DNA from: a bacterium
Lineage (GTDB): Bacteria; Patescibacteriota; Minisyncoccia; Phycocordibacterales; Phycocordibacteraceae
Direction of reading: 5' to 3'
Length of the DNA: 64,000 bases
Assembly (NCBI GenBank): GCA_021849125.1
Contig: JAJZTG010000003.1
Span: 2,133 to 66,132, forward strand
Made by a program: the position numbers and the translations under genes. Below, piece by piece: positions 9,295 to 19,809 of the stretch (position 1 is its first letter; the number at the start of each line of letters is the position of its first letter). Below the pieces are notes generated by a model. The model made no database searches. It had not been told where the DNA came from and saw only the letters and a program-made list of their open reading frames with translations.

Positions 9295-10502
9295 AGCGCG
9301 TATTAATATTCTCCCTTACATATTATCCGCGCTTCGTGGGCGGCGCGGAGGTTGCCCTCAAGGAGATCACCGATCGCATCTCTCCTGAGGAGATCGAGTT
9401 CCATATGGTGACACTCAGACTCGATTCTGAGTTGCCGGAGGAGGAAAAGATAGGGAATGTTATCGTGCACCGGATCGGCCTGACATGGAAAGCGCCTACC
9501 ATCGCCGATTTGCAAAAGTTTCCACTCAAGCTCACGAAATATTGGTACCAGTTCTCTGCAGCTCGCGCGGCGGAGAAGCTGCATCAGCAGTATCATTTCG
9601 ACGGCATCTGGGCGATGATGGCGCACTCATGCGCCGTTCCTGCCGGGATCTTCAAGAAGTGGCATCCAGAAGTGAAATATCTCCTGACTCTTCAGGAAGG
9701 AGATCCTCCCGAGTATATCGAGCGTCTCGCACGCCCGGTATGGCCGCTCTTCAAACGAGGGTTTACGAGTGCGGATGCACTCCAACCTATTTCGACCTTT
9801 CTTCTTAATTGGGGGAGAAGGATGGGCTTTACGGGTGAGGCTGAAATTATCCCGAATGCGGTGAATACGGCGCATTTCTCACAAGCGATAACGCCAGAAG
9901 CGCGCAACTCGACTCGCGCGGCCATCGTTCTCAAGTCTGACGATGTCGCACTGGTAACGACCTCGCGTCTCGTCCACAAGAATGCAGTTGATGATGTCAT
10001 ACGTGCGATCGCACTTCTTCCGGAGAATGTGCACTTCGTCATTTACGGCATCGGTCCGGACGAGGCCATGCTCAAGAAACTTTCCAAAGAGAGTGGAACC
10101 GAGAGACGCATCCACTTCATGGGGCAGATCGGCCATGATGAAATGCCGCGCGCGCTCAAAAGTTGTGATATTTTCATCCGTCCTTCGCGGTCCGAAGGTA
10201 TGGGGAATTCGTTTATCGAGGCCATGGCGGCTGAACTTCCCGTTATTGCGACACAGGAAGGGGGTATTGCAGATTTTCTTTTCGATGCGAAACGTAACCC
10301 TGACAAAAAGCCGACTGGTTGGGCTGTCGATAAGGATTCCCCAGAACAGATTGCTGAGGCAGTTAAGGACATCATCGGAAATCCGCTAGCGGTTGCACAA
10401 GTGCTTGAAACGGCACGTGAGCTTGCTATAGAGAAATATGATTGGAATCTCATTGCTGCACGCATGAAAACACTTTTCGATCGGCTTCTCGAAAGCAGGT
10501 AA
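9291..10502 (+). CDS. glycosyltransferase family 4 (GT-B)
   Basis: C-terminal GT1/GT4 signature region SRSEGMGNSFIEAMAAELPVIAT. ATGA-coupled to the upstream gene. Confidence 0.75.
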   Translation: MKRVLIFSLTYYPRFVGGAEVALKEITDRISPEEIEFHMVTLRLDSELPEEEKIGNVIVHRIGLTWKAPTIADLQKFPLKLTKYWYQFSAARAAEKLHQQYHFDGIWAMMAHSCAVPAGIFKKWHPEVKYLLTLQEGDPPEYIERLARPVWPLFKRGFTSADALQPISTFLLNWGRRMGFTGEAEIIPNAVNTAHFSQAITPEARNSTRAAIVLKSDDVALVTTSRLVHKNAVDDVIRAIALLPENVHFVIYGIGPDEAMLKKLSKESGTERRIHFMGQIGHDEMPRALKSCDIFIRPSRSEGMGNSFIEAMAAELPVIATQEGGIADFLFDAKRNPDKKPTGWAVDKDSPEQIAEAVKDIIGNPLAVAQVLETARELAIEKYDWNLIAARMKTLFDRLLESR

Positions 10503-10511
10503 AATAATTGT

Positions 10512-11612
10512 ATGAAAATAGTCGTCGCGACGCCTTTGTATCCGCCTGAGCCGGGCGGGCCTGCCACGTACGCGAAAGCCCTTGAAGAAGGTCTTCCAGG
10601 GAAGGGCATCGAGGTCGTGCTCGTTAAGTTCGGCGAGGTGCGGCACTTGCCGAAGATCGTGCGGCATATCGCATATTATCTGCGCGTACGTCGTGCGCTC
10701 AAAGGAGCCGATCTCGTGCTTGCGCTTGATCCGGTCTCGGTCGGCCTGCCGGCCTGCCTTGCCGCATGGACGCTTCGGAAGCCGCTCGTCGTGAAGGTGG
10801 TGGGCGACTACGCCTGGGAACAAGGGCAGCAACGTTTCGGTGTCACAGCTACGCTCGACGATTTCGTCCAGCATGACGATGCGCCATTTATGGTCGGGCT
10901 CTTGCGCGAAGTGCAGAAGGGCGTCGCCGAGTATGCGGCGCGTATTATCGTGCCGAGCGAGTATCTCAAAGGGGTCGTCGTCGCGTGGGGCATCCCGAAA
11001 GAAAAAATCACGGTTATCTACAATGCGGTCCCGCAAGGGAGCGTGGGCGAAGTGCCCAAAGCAGTGGCGATGCTGCCGCGTCCGCTCGTGGCGACGGCTG
11101 GCCGTTTGGTCCCCTGGAAACATGTCGACAGCATCATCGATACAATCGCGGTGCTTCGCCAGCAGGGAAGCCATGTGTCGCTCGCTATCATCGGGAGCGG
11201 GCCAGAACAGGCGCATCTTGAAGCGCACGCAAAGAAAGCGCTCGGCGCGCACGTCGTATTCACCGGCGCCCTGCCGCACGAGGATCTCCTCGCGAGTCTC
11301 GCAAGCGCAGATGCCTTCGTGCTCAACTCTTCGTATGAGGGGCTCTCGCATCTGCTCATCGAAGCGCTCGCGCTTGGCGTACCTACGGTCGCGACTGATG
11401 TCGGTGGCAACCCGGAGGTCATCACGCACGGCGCTACAGGGCTTCTCGTACCAGCGGGGGATACGGACGCCCTCGCTGGAGCGCTTACACGCCTTCTCTC
11501 AGAAAACGATCTGCGGGAGCGTGTCGCGCGTGCGGCCAAGGAATCCGTCCACCGTTTCTCAAAAGGAACGATGATCGAACACACCGCTGAGCTGCTCGTT
11601 TCTTTTTCGTAA
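10512..11612 (+). CDS. glycosyltransferase group 1
   Basis: E-x7-E region NSSYEGLSHLLIEALALGVPTVATDVGG. Confidence 0.75.
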   Translation: MKIVVATPLYPPEPGGPATYAKALEEGLPGKGIEVVLVKFGEVRHLPKIVRHIAYYLRVRRALKGADLVLALDPVSVGLPACLAAWTLRKPLVVKVVGDYAWEQGQQRFGVTATLDDFVQHDDAPFMVGLLREVQKGVAEYAARIIVPSEYLKGVVVAWGIPKEKITVIYNAVPQGSVGEVPKAVAMLPRPLVATAGRLVPWKHVDSIIDTIAVLRQQGSHVSLAIIGSGPEQAHLEAHAKKALGAHVVFTGALPHEDLLASLASADAFVLNSSYEGLSHLLIEALALGVPTVATDVGGNPEVITHGATGLLVPAGDTDALAGALTRLLSENDLRERVARAAKESVHRFSKGTMIEHTAELLVSFS

Positions 11613-11615
11613 TCC

Positions 11616-12752
11616 ATGAAAGCCCTCTTCGTCTCAAACGACCCGAATATCTTCGACCCGAAAAGCGACGTGCGTGCGCGCATGCGCGCGTATGCGGAAG
11701 CGATCGGGGAGCTTCATATCATCTCGGCAGGACCGGTCTTTGCACGCGAGGAGCACGACGGGGCGCTCTACGTGCACCCGGTGTATGCGGGGAAGCTCTT
11801 TCGCATGAAGCTTCTCACACGTCGTGCCGTGGCGCTTATCCGCGAGTACGACATCGAGATCGTTTCCGCCCAGGATCCGTTCGAGCATGGGCTCGCCGCG
11901 CTTCGTGCGGTCGAAGCTGCCGGCATTAAGCTCCACGTCCAGGTGCATACGGACTTCCTCTCGCCCTGGTTCGTACGGGAAGGGAATTGGCGCAGCCCGA
12001 GCATCCGGATGCCACTCCTGAACCGTTGGCGGCGCAGCATCGCTGACCGCGTGCTCCCGAAAGCCGATGGTATCCGCGTCGTCTCGGAGCGTGTGAAGGA
12101 TTCGCTCATCGCGCGTTACGGGTCACGTATCCCGGAGCCGTCGATCATCCCGGTCGCGGTCGATGCGACCGTGCCCGAGAAGAAGCCGCTTCCGCCGCAT
12201 CCGTTTACCTTCGCGCTTCTTGCGGTCGGCCGTTTGGAGCCAGAGAAGCGTATCGAGGATATCCTTGCCGCACTTAAGCTCGTCATTCCTCAGTACCCGT
12301 CGGTCGGGCTTTGTATCGCAGGTGAGGGGAGGGAGTGGCGCAAGCTCGAGCGCATGGTTCGCAAACTCAAGCTCAAAGACCATGTGCTCTTCCTCGGGCA
12401 TCGAAGCGATGCGCGTGCGCTCATGGGGAGCGCTCAGGCGTTCATCCAGGCAAGTGCGTACGAAGGCTACGGCCGTACGCTCGTTGAGGCGGCACTCGCG
12501 AAGGTACCGATCATCACGACCGATGTCGGCATCGTCGGCGAGGTGTTCAAGGGGTACGAAGACGTGCTTGCGGTACCGGTGGCCGACCCGACCGCTCTCG
12601 CGCTTGCGATCGCTGGTCTTCTCGAAGATGGTGCCGTGCGTATCGAGTTCCCGCTTCATGCTGAGGCTGCCGCACGCGAGCATCTCGAGAGTATCGGCGA
12701 CCTCCCGTCGCGCATCGCCGAGGATTTCTCAGAGACACTGCAAAGGGCGTAA
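11616..12752 (+). CDS. glycosyltransferase group 1
   Basis: ASAYEGYGRTLVEAALAKVPIITTDVG. Confidence 0.7.
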   Translation: MKALFVSNDPNIFDPKSDVRARMRAYAEAIGELHIISAGPVFAREEHDGALYVHPVYAGKLFRMKLLTRRAVALIREYDIEIVSAQDPFEHGLAALRAVEAAGIKLHVQVHTDFLSPWFVREGNWRSPSIRMPLLNRWRRSIADRVLPKADGIRVVSERVKDSLIARYGSRIPEPSIIPVAVDATVPEKKPLPPHPFTFALLAVGRLEPEKRIEDILAALKLVIPQYPSVGLCIAGEGREWRKLERMVRKLKLKDHVLFLGHRSDARALMGSAQAFIQASAYEGYGRTLVEAALAKVPIITTDVGIVGEVFKGYEDVLAVPVADPTALALAIAGLLEDGAVRIEFPLHAEAAAREHLESIGDLPSRIAEDFSETLQRA

Positions 12753-12797
12753 CCTCCATTTCCTCACCCTGGTTATCCAAGGTATAGTGCGCTTAAT

Positions 12798-13643
12798 ATG
12801 ACGATTGGCTTCATCGGGCAGGGTTTCATAGGGAAGAACTACGCGGACGATTTCGAGGCGCGTGGCCATATGGTCGTGCGCTACGCGCTCGAGGAGCCGT
12901 ACGTGCAGAACGTTGATGCTATCCGCGAGTGCGACATCGTCTTTATCGCCGTCCCGACACCAACGACGCCTGAGGGATTCAGTACGGAAATTCTCGAGGA
13001 CGCGCTTACGCATGTGGGCGCAGGGAAGATCGCAGTCATCAAGTCGACCGTGCTGCCAGGTACCACCCGACGCCTTCAAGAAAAGCACTCGGGTCTCACG
13101 ATTCTCATGTCTCCAGAATTCCTGAGTGAAGCGACCGCAGCGTACGACGCGGCACATCCGTTCTCGAACATCGTCGGACTGCCTGTTGATGATGAGGTGC
13201 ACCAGAAGGCAGCAGAAGCGGTGCATGCGCTCCTGCCGGCTGCACCCTACGCGACGATGTGTACGAGCGATCAGGCAGAGCTCATCAAGTACGCGCACAA
13301 CGTGAGCGGCTATACGCAGATCGTCACGTTCAATATGCTTTACGAACTCTCGCAGTCTCTCGGGGCCGATTGGGCCCCGATCGAGCAAGCGCTCGATGCC
13401 GATCCGATGATATCGAGACGATATGCGCACCCGCTTCACAAGAGCGGTCGCGGTGCGGGCGGTCACTGCTTCATAAAGGATTTCGCGGCGTTGCGCGGTC
13501 TCTATGAGCAGGTGGTCAATGATCCGGCGGGGAAGGCGGCGCTTGTCGCATTCGAAAAGAAGAATATCGAGCTCCTCCGTAATACGCATAAGGATCTCGA
13601 TCTGTTGCGTGGCGTATACGGAGATGACGTGCCAGACGCATGA
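12798..13643 (+). CDS. nucleotide-sugar dehydrogenase (UDP-glucose/GDP-mannose dehydrogenase family), C-terminally short
   Basis: GxGxxG (IGFIGQGFIGKN), VPTPT, EFLSEAT and catalytic-Cys GGHCFIKD motifs. At 281 aa it lacks the usual C-terminal UDP-binding domain. Confidence 0.65.
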   Translation: MTIGFIGQGFIGKNYADDFEARGHMVVRYALEEPYVQNVDAIRECDIVFIAVPTPTTPEGFSTEILEDALTHVGAGKIAVIKSTVLPGTTRRLQEKHSGLTILMSPEFLSEATAAYDAAHPFSNIVGLPVDDEVHQKAAEAVHALLPAAPYATMCTSDQAELIKYAHNVSGYTQIVTFNMLYELSQSLGADWAPIEQALDADPMISRRYAHPLHKSGRGAGGHCFIKDFAALRGLYEQVVNDPAGKAALVAFEKKNIELLRNTHKDLDLLRGVYGDDVPDA

Positions 13644-14692
13644 AGCTTCTCATTACCACACAGGCAGTAGACCAGAACGATCCAGCGCTCGCGTTCTTTT
13701 TGCAGTGGGTGAGCGAGTTCGCTAAACATTGCGAACAGGTCACTGTCGTGTGCCTACGAGAGGGAAAGTACACGCTTCCGGATAATGTTCGCGTAGTCTG
13801 CATCGATCCGAGCCGTCGTTCCTCACGCATCAGTCGTGCAATACGCTTTATTTCGTTCATGTTCCGTGAACGCGCATCGTACGACACCGTGTTCGTGCAT
13901 ATGAATCCCGAGTACCTCGTACTCGGTGGTTGGTACTGGCGCTTGAGGGGTATCCGGAGCGGCCTGTGGTATACGCACCGGAGCGTCGACCTGAAGCTCC
14001 GTATCGCGACCCTTTTCGCAAACATCGTATTCACGGCATCTCCCGAAGGATTCCGCCTGAAGAACGACAAAGTCTGTGCCATGGGGCACGGTATCGATAC
14101 GGACCGATTCCATCGAGAGATCTCTGATCTCAAGCTGCACAAGCCACTCAACCTGCTCTGTGTCGGGCGCATTACGCCTATCAAGGATCAGAAGACCGCC
14201 GTCGAGGCACTCGCGCTCTTGAAAAAAGAAGGTGTCGACGTGCATCTTACGTTCATCGGCGTGCCAAGCGCGGTGGGTGATGATGCGTACGCACACGAGG
14301 TCAAGGAATTGATCGCGCAAAAAGGGCTCGAAGGGCAGGTGACCTTTGCCGGTGCCGTGACGTATGACGACATGCCGAAACAGTATGAGAACATGGATTT
14401 TTCCCTCAATCTTTGTCCGACAGGAGGACTCGACAAGGTCGTGTTCGAGTCAATGGCAGCAGGCGTACCGACGCTCGTCGCCAATACCGCATTCGCGAAT
14501 CTTTTCGGGCCGTATAAAGATCTACTTGTGTTCCGGCATGGTAATGCTCGCGATCTTGCGATGAAAATAGAAGCGATTGCCCGCTTGAGCGAGGAGAGTT
14601 TGCGCGATATCCGCATTGAGCTTGGCCGTACCGTGTGGGGGAAAGCTGATGTCAGCGCGTTAGTGACGAGCATTGTACAATACCTCATATGA
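13640..14692 (+). CDS. glycosyltransferase family 4
   Basis: GT-B C-terminal region CPTGGLDKVVFESMAAGVPTLV. Confidence 0.7.
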   Translation: MKLLITTQAVDQNDPALAFFLQWVSEFAKHCEQVTVVCLREGKYTLPDNVRVVCIDPSRRSSRISRAIRFISFMFRERASYDTVFVHMNPEYLVLGGWYWRLRGIRSGLWYTHRSVDLKLRIATLFANIVFTASPEGFRLKNDKVCAMGHGIDTDRFHREISDLKLHKPLNLLCVGRITPIKDQKTAVEALALLKKEGVDVHLTFIGVPSAVGDDAYAHEVKELIAQKGLEGQVTFAGAVTYDDMPKQYENMDFSLNLCPTGGLDKVVFESMAAGVPTLVANTAFANLFGPYKDLLVFRHGNARDLAMKIEAIARLSEESLRDIRIELGRTVWGKADVSALVTSIVQYLI

Positions 14693-15309
14693 AGCAGGTC
14701 GACCGTGGTGCCTATGCGTTCGAATGTTATAGCGGCGAGGATCGTTTCGCGAGTTATTATGTACAGCTTCGCGAAGTGTTTGCATGTGCACCATCCTCTG
14801 TACTGGAGGTCGGTACCGGAGAGCATGTGCTGGGGAATTATTTGAAGAACAACACGGACATCGCTTACACGTCGCTAGATATCGCCGAAGATCTCTCTCC
14901 AGATATCGTCGGTGATGTCCGGAAGCTCCCGTTCCCCGACAATTCGTTCGATGTCGCCTGTGCCTTCGAGGTGCTCGAACATCTGCCGTTCGATGATTTC
15001 GAGCAGGCAATCGGCGAACTCATGCGCGTATCGAAGAAGCAAGTCATCATAAGTCTCCCGCACTTTGGCCCCCCGATTAAATTTCTTCTCAAGGTTCCGT
15101 TTTTCCCCGAGGCCCGTTTTGCCTTCAAGATCCCGTTTCCGCGCAAACATATGTTCAATGGCCAGCACTACTGGGAGATAGGGAAGCGTGGCTATCCAGC
15201 GCACCGCATCCGAGCTATCCTTGCGCGTTTCGGGACACTACGGAAGGAGTTTACGCCATTCGGAAATCAGTACCACCACTTTTTTGTTCTTGAAAAGAAT
15301 CATGCGTAG
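14689..15309 (+). CDS. class I SAM-dependent methyltransferase
   Basis: Motif I VLEVGTGEHVLG, followed by an acidic post-I motif. Confidence 0.65.
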   Translation: MKQVDRGAYAFECYSGEDRFASYYVQLREVFACAPSSVLEVGTGEHVLGNYLKNNTDIAYTSLDIAEDLSPDIVGDVRKLPFPDNSFDVACAFEVLEHLPFDDFEQAIGELMRVSKKQVIISLPHFGPPIKFLLKVPFFPEARFAFKIPFPRKHMFNGQHYWEIGKRGYPAHRIRAILARFGTLRKEFTPFGNQYHHFFVLEKNHA

Positions 15310-16066
15310 TTGGTTTAAAAATATCGTTTTCGGCCTTCTTCCGAAGGCTCGACTCAAGGAAGACGAGGCAATCATTCTTATGTATCATTCGATAGGCGAT
15401 CGAAAGGATTATTTCTCATCTGTGTCAAAAAAGTCTTTCGTTCAGCAGATGGAATATCTGCATGCGGCAGGTATTCCGGTAATTTCGCTTCCCGAACTCA
15501 TTCGGCGTCTGAAGGATGGGCAACTGCTCGGTGGCGCCGTGGTCATTACGTTTGACGATGGATATGAAGATAATTATCTAGCCGCGTTTCCCGTACTCAA
15601 ACGATTTAATTTTCCCGCCACGATCTTCCTTACGACCGATCTTATCGGGAAGGAAGATAAACGTAATCTTAGCCGTTTGAACGGCGAACAAACACGAGAA
15701 ATGGCGCAATCGGGTTTGATTTATTTCGAACCCCACACGAGGTCGCATCCGCGGCTTTCGCAGCTACCTGAAGATGAGGTCCGAGAAGAAATAGTAGGCT
15801 CGAAAAAAGCCGTTGAAGAGCTGACGGGGAAGACGTGCAGCTCGTTTGCCTATCCGTATGGGGATTACAACCACGTTGCGAAGAGATTGGTGGAAGAAAT
15901 TGGTTTCGAGGCTGCCTGTACGGTGAAAGAAGGATTAATCCATCACGAGACGGACCCATTCCTTCTCAACCGGAATTCGATAGACCGCTCAACTTCATTC
16001 GTGCAATTTCGCGCAAAGGTCTCGAGGGGGATTTATATGTATGAGAAACTTAAGGTATGGAACTAG
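15302..16066 (+). CDS. polysaccharide deacetylase (NodB/CE4 family)
   Basis: ITFDDGYEDNY, FPATIFL and the HTRSHP His motif. Start trimmed to MRSWFKN at 15302. Confidence 0.8.
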   Translation: MRSWFKNIVFGLLPKARLKEDEAIILMYHSIGDRKDYFSSVSKKSFVQQMEYLHAAGIPVISLPELIRRLKDGQLLGGAVVITFDDGYEDNYLAAFPVLKRFNFPATIFLTTDLIGKEDKRNLSRLNGEQTREMAQSGLIYFEPHTRSHPRLSQLPEDEVREEIVGSKKAVEELTGKTCSSFAYPYGDYNHVAKRLVEEIGFEAACTVKEGLIHHETDPFLLNRNSIDRSTSFVQFRAKVSRGIYMYEKLKVWN

Positions 16067-16701
16067 CTTTTCTCGCGCAGCAGACATTAGATGGTAAGAC
16101 TATCGGTAGAGCGCTCTTCAATGCGCAAGTAAAACGTCATATGCGTGGTTTGTCTGGCAACACGCTCGATCTTGCCAGTGGCGGTTCGGCGGGGTATCTA
16201 CGCTACGCCCAGAGAGGGCTTCATGTTTTACGAACCGATGTGCATGACGGGGATGGAATAGATATGGTGGTCGATATAGATCAAAGATTGCCATTCCACG
16301 ACGGCGAATTCGATCATGTGCTCCTTTTCAATGCTTTGTACGCAATAAAGGATCCAAATCGCCTCCTCAAGGAGATGCGTCGTGTCGTACGAATTGGCGG
16401 ATCGGTGCTCGTAGCCTCCCCTTTTCTGAGTAATGAGATGCCAGAACCTCATGACTATAGACGGCTTACTTCCGAAGGACTCAGGGAATTGTTCGATGAA
16501 GTCGGATATTTGACCATACAAATCATCCCATACGGCGAACGTTTTTCGGTCATGGCGAATCTCCTGCATCCTTTTCTGATGTTTAATATCGTACGTTTGC
16601 CGATTTATCTACTCGCGTACGTGCTTGATGCTTGTATCCCTGAGAAAACTCGCACACTGCACCCGGCTCCTATCGGATATTTCTGCATACTCAAGAAGTG
16701 A
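16057..16701 (+). CDS. methyltransferase type 11-like
   Basis: TLDLASGGSAGY motif I, acidic residue, and FNALYAI. Confidence 0.6.
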   Translation: MELAFLAQQTLDGKTIGRALFNAQVKRHMRGLSGNTLDLASGGSAGYLRYAQRGLHVLRTDVHDGDGIDMVVDIDQRLPFHDGEFDHVLLFNALYAIKDPNRLLKEMRRVVRIGGSVLVASPFLSNEMPEPHDYRRLTSEGLRELFDEVGYLTIQIIPYGERFSVMANLLHPFLMFNIVRLPIYLLAYVLDACIPEKTRTLHPAPIGYFCILKK

Positions 16702-17804
16702 TCATGGTAAAGATTCTCTATATCGCCAACATACGTTTACCGACCGAGAAGGCGCACGGTATACAGATCATGAAGATGTGTGAAGCGCTCGCGAAGGCAG
16801 GAGCATCAGTCGAACTCGTAATCCCTACACGCAAGAACGCTATACAAGACGATCCGTTCTCGTATTATGCCGTACCAGCCACATTCCGAATCGTACGTCT
16901 GCCAATTATTAACCTGCTCGCTTGGGGTCCTTTAGGGTATCTCGTCTCCCTTGCTTGGTTTCTGCAAAGCGCACGCCGTCACGCAGAGCGATATCCAGGA
17001 GCATGTGTGTATACGCGCGAGCCGCTCGCCGCTCTCTTTATCCCAGATACCACGATTGAGGTGCATGTGCGTTCGAGCTCTCGTATCGCGCGATATGCGA
17101 TCCGCAAAGCAAGGAATATCGTAACGATAACCGAAGGCCTGAAACAAGCACTCGTGGACGATGGTGTTCCCGAAGGGAAAATAACGGTCTTGGCCGACGC
17201 GGTCGATATCGGGCTTTTCGATACTTCTCTCACGAAAGCTGAGGCTCGGCATCAGACCAGGCTTCCTGCTGAGGGAAAGATCGCATTGTATGCCGGTAGC
17301 TTCTCGCTCTATTCATGGAAGGGACTCGATACGTTTATCGCGGCTGCACGACAGCATCCCGAAATCCTGTTCGTATGCGTTGGTGGCACTGCAGAGGAGG
17401 CGGCACGGGTCGGCGGAAGATTGTCTTCGAACGTACGATGCATCGGTAAGGTGTCCTATGCTGAAGTGCCTCGTTACCTTCGCGCAGCAGACGTGCTCGT
17501 ATTGCCGAACAAGCCGGGGGATACGGTATCAGAGCGGTACACGTCGCCTTTGAAGCTCTTCGAATATCTTGCAAGCGGCACGCCGATGGTGGCTTCAGAC
17601 CTCCCAAGCATACGCGAGATAGTGAGTGAGAAAGAAGCGACATTGTTTATTCCGGGCGATTCCCAAGCGCTTGCTCAGGCGATAATCAGCGTATTTGCCG
17701 ATCGGGAGAGTGCAGCGGTACGCGCATCTGCAGGGAAAGAAAAAATGGAGAAGTATACTTGGGATGTGCGCGCAGCGCGTGTACTCGCTCTTCTCAAGAA
17801 TTGA
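16698..17804 (+). CDS. glycosyltransferase family 4
   Basis: VLPNKPGDTVSERYTSPLKLFEYLASGTPMVASD is the typical GT4 E-x7-E region. Confidence 0.75.
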   Translation: MIMVKILYIANIRLPTEKAHGIQIMKMCEALAKAGASVELVIPTRKNAIQDDPFSYYAVPATFRIVRLPIINLLAWGPLGYLVSLAWFLQSARRHAERYPGACVYTREPLAALFIPDTTIEVHVRSSSRIARYAIRKARNIVTITEGLKQALVDDGVPEGKITVLADAVDIGLFDTSLTKAEARHQTRLPAEGKIALYAGSFSLYSWKGLDTFIAAARQHPEILFVCVGGTAEEAARVGGRLSSNVRCIGKVSYAEVPRYLRAADVLVLPNKPGDTVSERYTSPLKLFEYLASGTPMVASDLPSIREIVSEKEATLFIPGDSQALAQAIISVFADRESAAVRASAGKEKMEKYTWDVRAARVLALLKN

Positions 17805-17810
17805 TAACCT

Positions 17811-18437
17811 ATGTTTAAACGACCCTGGGAAAGTTTCTTCGATGAACGGATAGGACGCATGTGCGCGACGTCTTCTCGCGTGCTTGATATCGGCGCCGGC
17901 TTGCGTATCTCTAAAGAATACGGGAACCGTGAAGATCCGACACGCGCATGGATAGGAGATATCGTGCAATCACGGAAGGTCGACTACGTGGTGTTGGATT
18001 ACGTCGACACGTATCATCCGCATATTGTGGGGGACATACAGGATCTGCCTCTTCCCGACGACTCCGAAGAGAACATTGTTTGTCTCGCGGTCCTCGAGCA
18101 TGTTGAGAACCCATTCAAATCGTTTGCAGAGCTCCATCGTGTCCTCAAGCCAGGAGGGAAGTGCCTTCTCTATGTCCCATTCCTGTTCTATTACCATGCC
18201 GAAGGAACGTACTACAAGGATTATTGGCGCTTTACTCCCGACTCATTGAGCACGCTCACGAAGCCGTTCTCGACGATGGAGTTGGCGAGCGTGCGCGGCG
18301 CATTCGAGACGCTCGTACGGCTCTCGCCATTGGGGCGATGGAATTTCTTCCTCGATATGGCTTTCTTACTGGATAAAATGACAGGGAAACTCGCTTCTAA
18401 ACAAGTAAGCGGCTATTACGTATGGCTCGTCAAATGA
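17811..18437 (+). CDS. SAM-dependent methyltransferase
   Basis: VLDIGAGL motif I and LKPGG. Confidence 0.6.
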   Translation: MFKRPWESFFDERIGRMCATSSRVLDIGAGLRISKEYGNREDPTRAWIGDIVQSRKVDYVVLDYVDTYHPHIVGDIQDLPLPDDSEENIVCLAVLEHVENPFKSFAELHRVLKPGGKCLLYVPFLFYYHAEGTYYKDYWRFTPDSLSTLTKPFSTMELASVRGAFETLVRLSPLGRWNFFLDMAFLLDKMTGKLASKQVSGYYVWLVK

Positions 18438-18454
18438 TGCTACGGATGCATGTG

Positions 18455-18463
18455 TGGTACACT
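18455..18463 (+). promoter_or_regulatory. extended -10 TGGTACACT
   Basis: Upstream of the FkbM gene, with a 43-nt leader. Confidence 0.35.
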
Positions 18464-18506
18464 TCGCTCACTACGAGCTGGCGCGCATTTTTGCATCAGG
18501 TAACCC

Positions 18507-19316
18507 ATGTCTATCCTTAAACGATTCGTCGAGAAGGTCAGAGAGAGCGTATTTCTCTCCTCAAAGCTTGGCGCGTCGCTCAGCACCAAGATCCTTTTAT
18601 TCATCCTTGTCTGGTGGTTTCCGTTACGCCGTGTTCTTAAGCTCCGAGCGCGAGCAACCGCGGTAAAGCTCAAGGCCCAAAGTGGGCAACAGTTCTTCTT
18701 TACGCTTAAGGACAGCACCGACGTAGCCGTACTTCGTGAAGTGTTTCTTGACGGGGAATATGTCGTGTCGCTCGAAGCTGAACCGAAGGTCATTTTCGAC
18801 ATAGGGAGCAACATAGGCGCTTCGGTCATCTATCTACATCTCAAATACCCATCCGCGAAAATTTACGCCTTCGAACCGAATCCGTATATCTTCGATCGTT
18901 TGCGTGAGAATACCCGTCAGTTCTCGGGAATCGAGATCTTCCCCTATGCCGTTTCTGATACGGACGGGACTATCGAATTTTTCGCATACCCCGACAGCCA
19001 TCTGTCCTCATCGGTGATACAAAGGACGGAAGGACAAAAGCCGATCTCAGTTCCTTCCCGTTCTCTCAGTTCACTCATGCGTGAATTATCGGTAGCGCAT
19101 GTTGATCTCATGAAATTTGATATAGAAGGGGGAGAGGGGCGCATGCTGCGCGACACAGAAGGGCTTAGTAAGATCGGTGCGCTCATCGGCGAGGTGCATT
19201 TCGATCTGATGGATGACACCAAAGAGTCGTTTGAGAAGCTTCTCTCGGGTTTTGACGCGACCTATCGGCCGATAAAACCGACTCGTGGTATCGTGACAGC
19301 ACGCAGCCTTTATTGA
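18507..19316 (+). CDS. FkbM family methyltransferase
   Basis: VIFDIGSNIGASVIYL, YAFEPNP and FDIEGGE are hallmarks of the FkbM fold. Confidence 0.7.
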   Translation: MSILKRFVEKVRESVFLSSKLGASLSTKILLFILVWWFPLRRVLKLRARATAVKLKAQSGQQFFFTLKDSTDVAVLREVFLDGEYVVSLEAEPKVIFDIGSNIGASVIYLHLKYPSAKIYAFEPNPYIFDRLRENTRQFSGIEIFPYAVSDTDGTIEFFAYPDSHLSSSVIQRTEGQKPISVPSRSLSSLMRELSVAHVDLMKFDIEGGEGRMLRDTEGLSKIGALIGEVHFDLMDDTKESFEKLLSGFDATYRPIKPTRGIVTARSLY

Positions 19317-19320
19317 CGAT

Positions 19321-19809
19321 ATGAGATTTTTTCGGAAGATTCACGAAGTCGATTCCTGGGTTATGCTCAGGATACGTACGCGTTATTGGCGTCTTGTGTT
19401 CAGCAGTTTTGGAAGAAGATCAGCAGTGCTTGGTCGAATCACCGTCGTCGGCCCGAGTCGTGTTCGCATCGGGGACCATGTAACCCTAAATGAGGGCGTG
19501 ATTATAAACGCGCAGCAGTCTCTCGACATCGGAAATCATGTCGCAATCTCTCCGGGAGCGATGCTCCTTACAGGAGGTCTCGTGTTTGAAGGCCGAATGC
19601 GCACCGACCGGCCACATGAACATAAGCCCATCGTCATCCGAGACGGTGCATGGATATGCGCGGGCGCGATTGTGCTTGGAGGGGTGACAGTTGGGGAAGA
19701 TTCTATCGTGGCCGCTGGCGCGGTGGTTCGCGAGGACGTGCCACCTCGGACACTGGTCGGTGGAGTACCCGCTCGCCCCATCAAAAGTCTGAATATTGAA
19801 ACGGTATGA
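19321..19809 (+). CDS. hexapeptide-repeat (LbH) acetyltransferase
   Basis: Left-handed beta-helix repeats: [27 protein letters not shown] and [30 protein letters not shown]. Confidence 0.75.
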   Translation: MRFFRKIHEVDSWVMLRIRTRYWRLVFSSFGRRSAVLGRITVVGPSRVRIGDHVTLNEGVIINAQQSLDIGNHVAISPGAMLLTGGLVFEGRMRTDRPHEHKPIVIRDGAWICAGAIVLGGVTVGEDSIVAAGAVVREDVPPRTLVGGVPARPIKSLNIETV

